Shown here one piece after another: positions 26,130-36,939 of a stretch of DNA of 64,000 nucleotides. The DNA is from Antedon mediterranea (taxonomy: Eukaryota > Animalia > Echinodermata). Under the pieces are notes generated by a model. It was not told the origin of the DNA. It ran no database searches and was given only the letters and a program-made list of their open reading frames with translations. Within the stretch, counting starts at the first letter, position 1, and every line of letters begins with the position of its first letter. The position numbers were made by a program, and so were the translations under genes. The DNA is taken from contig NC_092672.1 in NCBI RefSeq assembly GCF_964355755.1, positions 36,586,437 through 36,650,436 of the forward strand, written 5' to 3'.

Positions 26130-26835
26130 TTGAAAATAAGCGGTCTACAGCTCACTATATATATATACGGTCGGTCGGTAAACACTAACTTGTATATGGC
26201 CTTGTTGTCTTGATATCAGTTTCATCTAGCTAAGTCAATTTTTTACAGTATATTCTTTATGGCCAGGAATCGATGTGGTTATGTTTTCACGGTGCGCAAT
26301 CAACAATTACGCGGTCTACGCACGATTTAACGAAATCACGTTTGTAATCATATCTTCACAAGCATGAATCACAATTAAATAAAATTTGGAACTCATAAAT
26401 TTCAGGGAATAAATCATCATATGGCAAAACAAGTACGTGCGTAACGCATACATTTTCAAAACTGTCAATTTATTTTCGATAAAATAAGAGTACGTTTCAG
26501 GCAATTTGAAGCGTTTACAAATTGCCATGAGTGCGCAGATTTTTGCACGCGCACTGCGCGTTAAATGTTAATATGGACTCTTTTTGCCCGATTTCTGTTT
26601 TACACGATTTCTGTTTTTGATTCACCTTTCAACTCGAAATTACGCTATACGAGCACGTCAAAAATGACAGGCTACGCACGTATAAAATAAAACAATTTAA
26701 ATGTTTTTTAAACATTTCCAACATTTTTAAACATGTTCAGAAATTTCGGTCGGTTGGTCGGTCGATTGGTCGGTTGCTCGGTCGGTAAACACTAACTTGA
26801 GCACGCGGCTGCAGCCATCTATATGGCCTTGTTTT
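26130..26835 (-). mobile_element. DINE-1/HINE-like fragments with (GACC)n microsatellite; short + strand relative at 63731-63855
   Basis: GGTCGGTCGGTAAACACTAACTTG...TATATGGCCTTGTT occurs twice (about 26168-26207 and 26747-26833). The 63731 copy reads AACAAGGCG...GTTTACCGACCGACC...AGTCGCG...GACTAAAAA. Confidence 0.55.
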
Positions 26836-27535
26836 TTACTACGTCCGAACACGATCTTAGTCGCCGGACCCGAGTACAGTACATTGCACTGTGTATTTCT
26901 AATTAACCCTCAATAGTTAATTATTAACTTTTTTTACCAGCATCTGTTTTGAAAATCGTAATTAATTGTAGAGAATTAATTCCACAGTCGGATACTGACA
27001 ATAAGGCCTACCTTTTAGCAGAAAATCAACTGAATAATTTCAGATAAAATTTATACAAGGCTTTTCCCAAAATGTATTCTTTCCCTAGATACCCTCCTTA
27101 CAGGGAGTTGTAGAATAACAACTCCCTGTCTCCTTATTTGAATAATCAAGGGATCAAAAGAACATTGACAGAGTTATATACATAATATTGTTAGGCCTCT
27201 AGTATTATATAGACGTAGCCTACGTATTGTTATATCGAGTGAAAAGGTTGACTGTTCTCTTCCCTGGTTTTACATGTTATTCATGAATGTATTAATTTGA
27301 TTGAATTTATTTTCGTGATCTTAATAAAAATCTTTTTTTTGTGTGTCGCAGTGCATTTAACCTCTATGTTAACAGCTTGAAGTGCCCACTTAAAAAAAAA
27401 TGTTTACAAATCACTTATGAATTCTATTTAAAACTCCTTTTAATTAAACGATTCATGATGATCGTCATTTGTACTACAGATGTTAATGGAAGTTAGACAA
27501 ACAATTGGATAATATATTAATATTATTTCAACAAA

Positions 27536-28093
27536 ATGGCAGGGTGTTTTGGACCAGGATTTATGGAAGCGATTACGTCGACTTTGGAGCGTATTGGAAA
27601 AAAGTTAGGAAAACAACTGGAAAAGACTGGCGAAGAGCTGATAAATGAGGTCGAAGACCAGATAAAAGAAGCAAGAAAAGAACTGGTAAAGACTGTTGAA
27701 GAAGTAGGCCATCATGTAGTGGAGGAAATAGAGGAAGCTGTAAAGCACGTGACTGAAGATTTAGAGAAAGATTTGGATGAAACTCGCAAACATGTGGAAG
27801 AAGAGCTGCACCACGTGGCATGCCACATAGAAGGAGACGTTGAAGGTGTCATCAAACATGTGGAAGAAGATATGGAGAAGAAGGTGGAGGCAGCCAAGAA
27901 AGCTGTTCATCAGATTGCAGTCAAAGGTGAAGAGACCGTGAAGCACATGGAAGAGGATTTGGTAAAACATATTGATAAAACTTTACACAAAGTTGAAGAA
28001 CATGTTGTTAAGCCGATTGAAGAAGCTGTGAAGAATGCAGAGACGACAGTCGAGCACGCAGTGGAAGAAACAACTGGAAAGCAGGAAGGATAA
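27536..28093 (+). CDS. Uncharacterised 185-aa His/Glu/Lys/Val-rich amphipathic helical protein (apolipoprotein/perilipin/LEA3-like 11-mer periodicity)
   Basis: Intact purine-rich ORF in AT-rich surroundings, ATG context AAAATGG. Repeated KHVEED/KHVTED/KHMEED units and hydrophobic 3-4-4 spacing. N-terminus MAGCFG. Confidence 0.85.
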   Translation: MAGCFGPGFMEAITSTLERIGKKLGKQLEKTGEELINEVEDQIKEARKELVKTVEEVGHHVVEEIEEAVKHVTEDLEKDLDETRKHVEEELHHVACHIEGDVEGVIKHVEEDMEKKVEAAKKAVHQIAVKGEETVKHMEEDLVKHIDKTLHKVEEHVVKPIEEAVKNAETTVEHAVEETTGKQEG

Positions 28094-28717
28094 TAAAGAT
28101 ACCAGCTATGGCTGCTTTGTGCAAAGACTTGTGTACTTTAATACAAATGATTTCATAGTTGCATTAATCAATATTACAAGTCTGAATATAAGGCGATGAT
28201 GAATAACTTCTGTACTATGATTTCGTTTGTGTATTATATTGATTTGGTTATATCATTTGGGGAGCTTCAAAGTGCCTGTGGACATGGTTCATTTGTCTCA
28301 TTTTCAATATTTAGGATACCTCATGGAATTTTTTTTTTGTGTATGTAATTTAAAGCGCTAAGGAATATTTGTATTAAGCGCCATGTATAAGACTACCATT
28401 ATTATTATTGTACTGTATCAATATATATATCTGTTATTCTTTATTATTTACATCATATTATATATCTAAACATGTTTATTTTTTGGAGTATGGACTCGTA
28501 TTAAACAGAACACAGTAGTACACAACTTGTATACATATCGTAAACAAGTAGGCCTAATAGCCGTGTTTTGATTATAGAAATTATTAATATTGAATGGAAA
28601 CTTTAAATTGCATGTCGGGCGATATTCTTCCTAAATTCATTTGATACAGTTTTATGGTAGGAACACTTGTTTTGAATGCAATTTAAACAAACATTCATAA
28701 CGTTGTATTTTTGCTAA

Positions 28718-28894
28718 AGCCTGATTCCCACTAGGACGTAACACAAGAACGTAACGCAACGCAAGGACGTAACGCAACGCAAAATGATTTGACCAATCTC
28801 AAGCGATGGATTATTCGAACAGTCGCGTGTGATTGGTCAACTTGCTTGCATTGTGCCTGCTTACTTGCGTTGCGTCCAAGTGGGAACCAAGCTT
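28718..28894. mobile_element. MITE family B copy
   Basis: AGCCTGATTCCCACTAGG...AGTGGGAACCAAGCT with TAA flanks. Other family B copies at about 30872-31066, 44311-44520, 44722-44930, 45020-45168, 49823-49970 and 58630-58706. Confidence 0.8.
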
Positions 28895-28967
28895 AATGGG
28901 CTGTTTCTGCTGCCAAGTAAATACCGTTTTAACGTCTGTTTGTGTATATTATTGTAGCGTTGTAGTT

Positions 28968-29090
28968 TTGATTAAGCTTGTTGCCTCTTTTTAGTGATTA
29001 AGCTTGTTGCCTCTTTTTAGTGATTAAGCTTGTTGCTTCCTTTTAGTGATTAAGCTTGTTGCCTCCTTTTAGTGATTAAGATGTTGCCTT
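28968..29090. repeat. Minisatellite, 26-bp unit x4.5
   Basis: TGATTAAGCTTGTTGCCTCTTTTTAG repeated. Confidence 0.95.
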
Positions 29091-29235
29091 CTGTTGCCTC
29101 CTAGTCATAATACTTTAATCCTTCAGACTAAAATTCTTCTAATGCCACGTATGTATAGCAATTTATGTGATGGTTTTCTTTGAACAAATCGTTACCTTAT
29201 CTCACTAGTATTTAAAACTAATTTGGAAGTGTAGT

Positions 29236-29370
29236 GGAGCTGTAGCTTGGTGGTTAACGTGCTTGCCTCCCAATCCCAAGGTCCAGGGTTCAATCCTGAT
29301 CCAGTGCCTAGGTTGTAACTCACGACTCTTTCAACTCCACTCCCTAAGCCTCAAATGAGACTTAGTTTGA
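29236..29370 (+). mobile_element. tRNA-derived SINE head (degenerate); similar fragment near 8020-8085
   Basis: GGAGCTGTAGCTTGGTGGTTAA (A box) ... GGGTTCAATCC (B box), without a complete cloverleaf. Confidence 0.5.
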
Positions 29371-29945
29371 AAAAAAAGTATAATACATAAGCTATTATAG
29401 AATGGGTGTAATGTTCGTTGCATATTTTTCATAACGAATTTTAAAGATATAAACTATACGGATATAATTTTAAAATATATAGTAGCAGATTCTATAAGGA
29501 AACATTTACGCAATAATTACGTATGGTGTCGTAATCAATCATAATAGTGAAACTATTTTATGTTTACTTAGGCCTATGCTGTTTATTTAGTGTCGTGTAT
29601 TTACTTAGGGAAAGGTAAAGGTTCCGTATTCAATTCTGAATATGGGGTAATGAGCTGTTAGGAGCGTCGGAATTATGTGGTAGGGTGGTCAGTTCATCCC
29701 TCCCCCAGTTCCTTTCTTCCCATATAAATTGAAGTCACAAAAGTAATTAATAATATCGTTCTTATAATAAAATACAATCCTATTGGTCATCAACAGGTAT
29801 ATTTGTTATTGTCTTACAATAATCCTCTCGAATTATAAATTAAATAAAATATCTATGTAACCATTCACAATAGTCTTTGCTAATTGTTCGTTGTGCCGTA
29901 ACATTTGCGCCTGGGGGAGTCTTGCGATGCCATTGTTACTTAAAT

Positions 29946-29997
29946 GAGAAATTCCCGTTATTAGACATTCTGATTGGCTGGTTTTCATCTTAAATAG
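29946..29997 (+). promoter_or_regulatory. Proximal promoter of paralogue 2: kB-like site plus inverted CCAAT
   Basis: GAGAAATTCCC at 29946-29956 and ATTGG at 29973-29977, the same 16-nt spacing as upstream of paralogue 1; weak TTAAATA follows. Confidence 0.55.
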
Positions 29998-30116
29998 TCG
30001 CGAAACTTGCCTTTTTTAATCAGTCTAGGACTTGGCTTAGCTTCACAAGACCAGGTTATATCCTACATTTCCATACATTGCTGCCCAACCGTACGTTAAA
30101 GTATATAACTATAATC

Positions 30117-30488
30117 ATGGGAGATGTGCTAGGAAAATGTATGGAAGGAGCAGAAGAGAAGGCAAAAGAGAAGGCAGAAGAGAAAGCAGAAGAGCTTGCA
30201 GATGAGGCTATAGATAAAGCTATAGACGAAGCCAAGGATAAGATCGTTAGCGCTTTTCAAAAGACAACGCATAAAGTGGACGATAAGACTTCGAAAGAAC
30301 TGTTAGATGGAGATTGGTGCGTTCACAAGCAAGGTGATGGTGACTTGTTGTTTACTAAAATTGAACCGTGCAACAGAGACGTTCACAAACTGGCAGACTG
30401 TGATGTTATGATACTGAAATGTTCCGACGGTCAAGATGTGAAAATCGACAAAGAGTGTTCCAGGTGTAAGAAGCACATCATTTACTAA
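30117..30488 (+). CDS. Uncharacterised 123-aa protein, paralogue 2 of 23200-23565
   Basis: First ATG at 30117 (ATCATGG, MGDVLGKC...). Shares KTTHKVDDKTSKELLDGDWCVHKQGDGD and every Cys/His of the C-terminal domain. Confidence 0.85.
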   Translation: MGDVLGKCMEGAEEKAKEKAEEKAEELADEAIDKAIDEAKDKIVSAFQKTTHKVDDKTSKELLDGDWCVHKQGDGDLLFTKIEPCNRDVHKLADCDVMILKCSDGQDVKIDKECSRCKKHIIY

Positions 30489-31660
30489 ACCGCACGACGG
30501 AGACATCCGGCTCTCGTTAGCGAATTCTGATACAGTAAATGTTCCGAAGGCCAGAATTTGAAAAAATCAACATAGGGTCTTTAAAGAAAAAACACATCGT
30601 GGTGAACTTATAGACAGAAACATTTTTATTATTAATAATTAATTATATTCGCAAGATACACTTCCAAACAATGTAATCATCATGGCCTACCAATGGAAGG
30701 TAGTTGACCAGTCTGTTTGAATTTTAAAAGAATCTCATTTTGTGAAATCGTTGGACACAAGAGACCATGGTGACACGGTACGCAGTACGGTTGATGATGA
30801 TGCGCAGAATATATTTTTTCTGGATATGTCTGAGCTTGCATGTCTTATTACTAAAATATTAAAATCCCCTTAAGCGTGGTTCCCAGTAGTGACGCAACGT
30901 AAGAAAATGCCCTTCTAATAATTATGTTTTCCCCCGCCTGCGTGAAATCAAACCTGTGATTTTTACAGCACTACTGTTGCGTCGTCGGGTTCCTACTTGT
31001 GATTACGCAATACAGCAATTTGCGTCGATACGTCACTGCGTTACGTTGCGTTCAAGTGGGAAACACATCAATGGTACTTTGCATTATTGGAATTAAGATT
31101 GGTCAAAGTAATGATATGACTGTTATTTGACAAGCAGTATGTACGATGTGCACGGTTTCATTTATTAATTGCGACGGTTCACCTAGTCTAGGTTGTAGAC
31201 GGCGATTACATTTAGTATTGGTGAAAAGATAAACATTTTGCCAGATATGGCGTTTCATACGTGGCGTATCACCAGATAAACAACGAATGGAGTACTAATA
31301 TAATACAATTTTCTCTACTTATTTCAAAACAATTATTATTGTAATGCAATAGCGTATAGGCCTAAGACGAGTACATTGTAGTAATGATAATCTGTTGTTG
31401 TTCATTATGTTATAGATATTATAAATATTACGTCATTAACCATTGTAGTATGTAGTGACTATACACAAAAGAGTAATCGTCCAATCAATTTATCTAGATG
31501 TTATATTTTATTCCACATTTATTTAGTCATCAATTACAGTACATCATAATTACAGTACAACTGAGAACAGGGATCCTGCATAAAAAAGCTATAGCTTCGT
31601 TTTTTTGTAGGACCCTTTTACAAGAACAAGTATATAGAACTTAAATAAACAAAGGTGTTG

Positions 31661-34600
31661 TTAATCAGCATATAGTGATAAAAAGTATTTTTTAACCTGT
31701 TTTTTTATACATTTATTTTGTTTCTTTAAGATAACCGGTTTATTACCACCATTACAAGTGAATTCTTTCCATAATTTTGGTCCATATATGTGTATAAACT
31801 GTTGACTGCAAGTTAGTCTTGTGAAGGGAATTTCGAATTCAGTTTCTGTTCTGAGGTTATGAGTAGGCCTAATACTGTCACACTAATTAAAAATATTTAA
31901 AATGTGATGTGGTAATTCATTGAATTTTACGTTTGCCAGAAATCCTATGACGTTTACTTTGTAAATATCATAAACGTTTAATATTTTTAGTTTCTTAAAC
32001 AGTGGCTCTAAGGCTTGTCTAGATTTAGAGAAGGTAATGCATTTTACAGCTCTCTTTTGGAGTTTTAGTATTACTTCTAACGTGCTCTTGTATGTATTTC
32101 CCCATATTAAGTTACCATACTGAAGGTGAGGTAATACTAAGGTGTTATAAAGACTAATACGGACTTTATGAGGAAAGAATTCTCTTACTTTTAAAAGTAT
32201 ACCAATTGCCCTAGACATTTTTTTCCTAATAAGCTGTATGTGATGTTTCCAGTTAAGATTTTCGTTTAACATTACACCTAGAAATGTCACATTTTCTTTT
32301 CTATGTAATAACACATTATTCATTTTTATTTTAAACTGGTTTTTGTCAAAGTTCTTTTGGCTAGTTCTAAAAACAACGTAATTAGTTTTGCTGACATTCA
32401 GTAACAGCTTATTTGCTTTAAGCCATACGTTTATTTTTTCTAGTTCAATATTCATAGTATGGTTTAACATTGTAGGGTCATCTCCCCTTGTTATACAAGT
32501 TGTGTCGTCAGCAAAACTAATTATATCTATTTTACTACTTGCTCGACTTATATCATTGATGTAAATTAAAAACAAAAGTGGTCCTAAAACAGAACCCTGT
32601 GGCACCCCTATATTGGTGTCTTTTAAACATGATGATCTACCGTTGGCATAAACATATTGTTTGCGGCCACTTAAATAGTTTCTAAACCACATTAAAACGA
32701 TGCCTCTTATACCATAATGCGCCAATTTGCTCAACAGAATACTGTGATCGATAATGTCAAACGCTTTTGACAAATCCATAAAAGTAGTAAGTGCATATTC
32801 CTTTTTTTCAAATGCATTTAATATTTTATGGACCAAGTCGATCATAGCATGAGAAGTTGAGTGTTTGTTTCTAAATCCATATTGATTGTTGCTTAACACT
32901 TTATATTTTGTAAGATAATTGTTGTATAATTGATTATGGATAATCTTTTCAAAAACTTTCGAAAAAATGGGCAACAGCGATATGGGACGATAGTTTGAGG
33001 CCAAATGGCGGTCCCCTTTTTTATGTATGGGAACTACTTTGGAAATTTTCAACTTCCCTGGTATTAGTCCAGTTTGAAGTGATAAATTAAAAATATATGT
33101 CAGCGGCTTTAAAATATTGTATTTTACTTCCTTTACAACTTTAGCTGAAATGTCATCAAATCCGGAGGCTTTGTTTGAATCGAGAGATTCAATAACTTTT
33201 AGTACCTCCTCCTCATCAACATAGCAAAAAAACATTGAGTTGCGTTGTTTGTTTGTGAGGTATTCAGAATATTTTGTCGTAGTAGACTCAATATTGTCTC
33301 GAACCTTACAACCTACATTAATAAAATAATCATTAATATGATTTACAACATTTTCGCAACCATGTATAGTTTCATTGCTATGTGTAAAAGAAGATGGAAC
33401 TTTAGTTTTTCCTTTATCCGGATCAATTACATCATTTATAACATTCCATGTTTTTTTAATATTACCATTTGTTCGATTGAAAAGATTTTCATAATACATC
33501 TTTTTGGCGATTTTGCACGTGCGTGCAAAAGCTTTTTTAAATTCTTTATACGTATTTTTGTTTTTTAAAGTAGGGTTTTTTATGAACCTTTTATACAGTA
33601 CATGCTTTCTTTTACTTGACCTTAGTAACCCAAAACTCATCCAGGGCTGCTTGAATTTGTCATACTGTTTTGATGACTTTACAGTTTTTTTAAGGTGTTT
33701 GTTATATAGAAACTTAAAATTATCCAGAAAATCATTATAAGCGATTTCTGGATCAGTCGCTTCATATACTCCAAGCCACTCTGCACTTAATAAATCACTA
33801 TTTAGTTTCATAATATTTCTATTGTTAACTATATACGTGTCACATGAGACTGAGGTGCCTTTATTCATGTGCGTGTTTACGTGGGAAGACGAAGCAGAGT
33901 GAGTTATTTGATATACTGGTAAATGGTCGGAAATGTCCGAGATTAGTATACCAGATAGAACTTTTTCGGAAATTGTATTTGAAAATATGTTGTCAATTAG
34001 TGTTACTGACTGATCTTGTATTCTAGTTGGTCTAGATATAGATGGATAAAACGAGTGAGACATCATTATTTCAATAAAATCATTTACATCACTGCATGTT
34101 ACATGTTTAAGCAGATTGATATTAAAATCTCCCATGATATAACATGGTTTACCTTCTTTGTCTATAGCAGTGAGGACATCTTCAAGTGAATCATTAAAAA
34201 CATCTATTTTCATGTCTGGTGGTCTGTAGACAGTACCAACAATTGCATTTTTACACTTTTTTTCAATTATCTCAATAAACAGACATTCACAGAAATTAAT
34301 TTTCAAATCGATTCTTGTTTTGACCTCTATAGTATTTGAAATAAACAAGCCAACACCACCTCCTTTTCGATTTTCCCTGTCTAGAGCATGGAAATCGTAG
34401 TTTGGTAAGTATGGTCTAGGTGATGTTTCTTTAAGCCATGTTTCTGATAAGCCAATTACAGTGAATGGGTGTTTAATGCCGTTTAAACAAGTAATTAATT
34501 CATCTAAGTGTTTGTTAATACTTCTGATATTATAGTGTAAAAATGAGTAGCTGATATTATTTATTTTATTAACCGAGTCATTTAACTGGTCTGTGCTCAT

Positions 34601-34780
34601 ATACGAGCATGTCTCTATCGTACATATTTTATTGCCAAGACTATGATCAGTTAGTTCATCCTGTTCGTCAAAGTTGTTACATAGAGTAATAGGATTGAAT
34701 AATATATCAGTTTGATTTGATAGATTGTCATTGTTTATACTTGTTGCGCTTTCAGGGTTTGCTTGAGTAGACTTTTCCAT
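31661..34780 (-). pseudogene. LINE ORF2: APE endonuclease plus reverse transcriptase, one premature TAG at 31883-31885
   Basis: APE motifs HYNIRS, IGLSETWL, GGGVGLF, VYRPP, MGDFN, IDNIF, SDHLP. RT motifs YRPISLL, QYGFR, DLSKAFD, GVPQGSVLGP, FADDT, FLGV. After the TAG the frame continues 73 codons (HNLR...YGPKLW...KKQVKKYFLSLY) to TAA at 31661. Confidence 0.9.
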
Positions 34781-34790
34781 GTTACTTTGG

Positions 34791-36401
34791 TTATTTCGGT
34801 TTTAACTTCTGTCTCTTGTACGATGTACTCGGTCGTTGTAACTTGAGGGTTAACTGGACTTTGCATCGAATGTTGCTAGCAAGTAGACTTGTTCCATTTT
34901 GAGATAGGTGATATCCGTCTTGGGCCAATAAATTGTAGATAATGTTACCATTTCTAAGAAAATTGCTGTTGTCACAGAATGACAAGTTGTGTATATTGTC
35001 AAGTCTCATTGCGTGCTTGATTTCTGCGTTTACCATCTCAATTTTGTAATTTAGTTCCCCTACTCTCGGTAGACCCAGTGAGATGATAAAGTGGGTATTT
35101 GGGAATTCAATGGCATAACTTTTTATCATACTGTAGAGGGCGTTTGTACACTCCTCTGCGCTCATATTTTTTATAGTGTTTGTGATTTCATGTATCACGA
35201 TGCAGTCCGGGTCTTCCTGGAAGTTTTCTAGCGCGTCGCTAATGTCCGATAGGGTATACGCTTGTATTATTGTTGTATTTGCCATTGGAAGGAGACGATG
35301 AGCATCTATATTTTTTAGATGCGAGTTTCCTATTACCGTTATTGATGTTTTTTTTGATTGGCCCCTTTTTGGTCCGCCTACGCTGGTACTCCTACGATTT
35401 TCATGTTGATGTATCGGTAGACTTTTTATAGCATCTGCGTATGTTTGTTGTTTTTTTGCTTTCTGAACTATGTTGTAGTCAGAGGTATCAACAGCTATTT
35501 GTGTTCTTTTTATTTCATATGTTTCATCTTTTGCTTTAGATAGTTTTCGTTCTGTTTCAGTAATCTTGTTTTGTAACGTCGTTATTTGATCTTCTTTAGT
35601 AGCTATTAGTTTTTCATATGATTTTATTGATTGTAAGTCGGATTGTAGTTTTCTGTTGTCTGTCTCTAATTGTTTTATTCTTTCAGTTGATTTATCGACA
35701 TCCTTTCTTAGTTTGGTGTTTTCTTCGGATTTTTTTGGACAGCTTGGTGTGTTTCGAATTTGTTTTAATGATTCTATTTCTGACATAAGTTTTTTGTTTT
35801 CTGCCTGGAGTCTGCTGTTTTCGCCTGTGATCATCTTCACTTTTAGATCACAGTTCTCTTTGATTACATTAAGCAGCGTGTCGGCGAAAAAACTTTCTAA
35901 CTTTTTGATAGCATGTTTACAATCTATATGGGATTTAGATTGTGTGCTTTTACCAATCGTGTTTCCAGTGTCCGATGCTTTTATCGGTGTAGGTAGCCCT
36001 AGTAGTAGTTGTTGAGCTACACTATCAATGTAGTTTTCAGTTTCAGTGATGATGTCAATATCAGGGGTGATTTGGTCTTGATGATGTGTTGGATATTCCT
36101 TATTCAATATCGGTGGTAAGTCAAGTGATATTCCATCTGTATCAATAGCCTCGTTTATATTGCTATTTGCGGGCACTTCTTTTTCTTTATCAGTATTGTG
36201 ATTGCTTATATCAGTTACCACGTTATCAATGTGCACATCATTTGCCTTTAGGTAATTAAGGGCTTTTTCCATATTGTAGAAAGACTGGAATTGGGCCCCA
36301 CGAACGCTATCTGTGTTTTCTTGGCATTCAAGCCAGGACTTATATATTCCAGGATTTCTTCCCACGGCGACTGCATAGATTTTTTTCTTTCTACACGCCA
36401 T
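34791..36401 (-). CDS. LINE ORF1, 536 aa: RNase H1 N-terminal hybrid-binding (Cauli_VI-like) domain, coiled coil, SGNH/GDSL esterase
   Basis: First ATG at 36401. KKIYAVAVGRNPGIYKSWLECQENT....GAQFQSF...EKALNYL matches the hybrid-binding domain pattern. Central heptad-rich region. VIGNSHL, IVIHEITN and DGYHLS correspond to SGNH blocks I, III and V. Confidence 0.88.
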   Translation of the reverse strand: MACRKKKIYAVAVGRNPGIYKSWLECQENTDSVRGAQFQSFYNMEKALNYLKANDVHIDNVVTDISNHNTDKEKEVPANSNINEAIDTDGISLDLPPILNKEYPTHHQDQITPDIDIITETENYIDSVAQQLLLGLPTPIKASDTGNTIGKSTQSKSHIDCKHAIKKLESFFADTLLNVIKENCDLKVKMITGENSRLQAENKKLMSEIESLKQIRNTPSCPKKSEENTKLRKDVDKSTERIKQLETDNRKLQSDLQSIKSYEKLIATKEDQITTLQNKITETERKLSKAKDETYEIKRTQIAVDTSDYNIVQKAKKQQTYADAIKSLPIHQHENRRSTSVGGPKRGQSKKTSITVIGNSHLKNIDAHRLLPMANTTIIQAYTLSDISDALENFQEDPDCIVIHEITNTIKNMSAEECTNALYSMIKSYAIEFPNTHFIISLGLPRVGELNYKIEMVNAEIKHAMRLDNIHNLSFCDNSNFLRNGNIIYNLLAQDGYHLSQNGTSLLASNIRCKVQLTLKLQRPSTSYKRQKLKPK

Positions 36402-36939
36402 AACGTTATCGTGCTTGTGTTTGTATTTGCATATGAACGAAGTGGTACGATTTTGTTTGTGACAGAAACAATAGACAATACTGTTGCCAAGCACACGACG
36501 CCTCGCACTGATTGGCTAATTCAAAGGCAATAAGACGCGGTGGTTTTGATCAGGGTCCCAGCGGTGAAATGGGCCGATCAAACCTTATATGGTACAGTTT
36601 TTGTCTACCCGTGGGCCTAGGTGTAAGAGGTCTTAGTTACATGAGTCTAAAAACGGTTTCTGTAATAAAATGTGTCACTTCCCTTATTTCAGTTCCTTGT
36701 TAACTTTAACAGTTCAGATCAAATATATATAAATCCAAGTAGTGTAAAATATCGTGAAATAATCAGTTGTAAGTAGCACCGTCCGTCCGTCTACGCTGTT
36801 TGGCGCTGTTATATAATACGTACTATTAAATGATCGTGTGATAGTACTTCTTTTTACTATAGTAGAGGAATTTTTACAAAAAAATAGCAAATTTGTGACT
36901 TTCTTTTATTTGTTGACAAAATTGATTAATAATGTGATA

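Larger units (their letters stand above)
31507..36806 (-). mobile_element. Full-length non-LTR retrotransposon, CR1/L2 group (Daphne/Crack-like), 5.3 kb
   Basis: Two tandem ORFs 10 nt apart; 3' UTR stem-loop (GGGTCCTAC...AAGCTATAGCTT...GCAGGATCCC at about 31569-31616); candidate 8-bp TSD TGTTATAT at 31499-31506 and 36807-36814. Confidence 0.9.

Noticed and set aside
27059-27068. kB site upstream of the 185-aa gene (GGGAAAAGCC on - strand)
   Set aside because: Poor fit to GGGRNNYYCC and about 470 bp from the ATG; not supportable.
27573-27970. Antisense ORFs over the 185-aa gene
   Set aside because: Shadows of the purine-biased sense ORF.
29236-29310. tRNA gene
   Set aside because: A and B boxes are present but the acceptor stem does not pair; more likely a SINE head.
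31883-31885. Programmed stop-codon readthrough in LINE ORF2
   Set aside because: No recognised readthrough context; a nonsense mutation or sequencing error is simpler.
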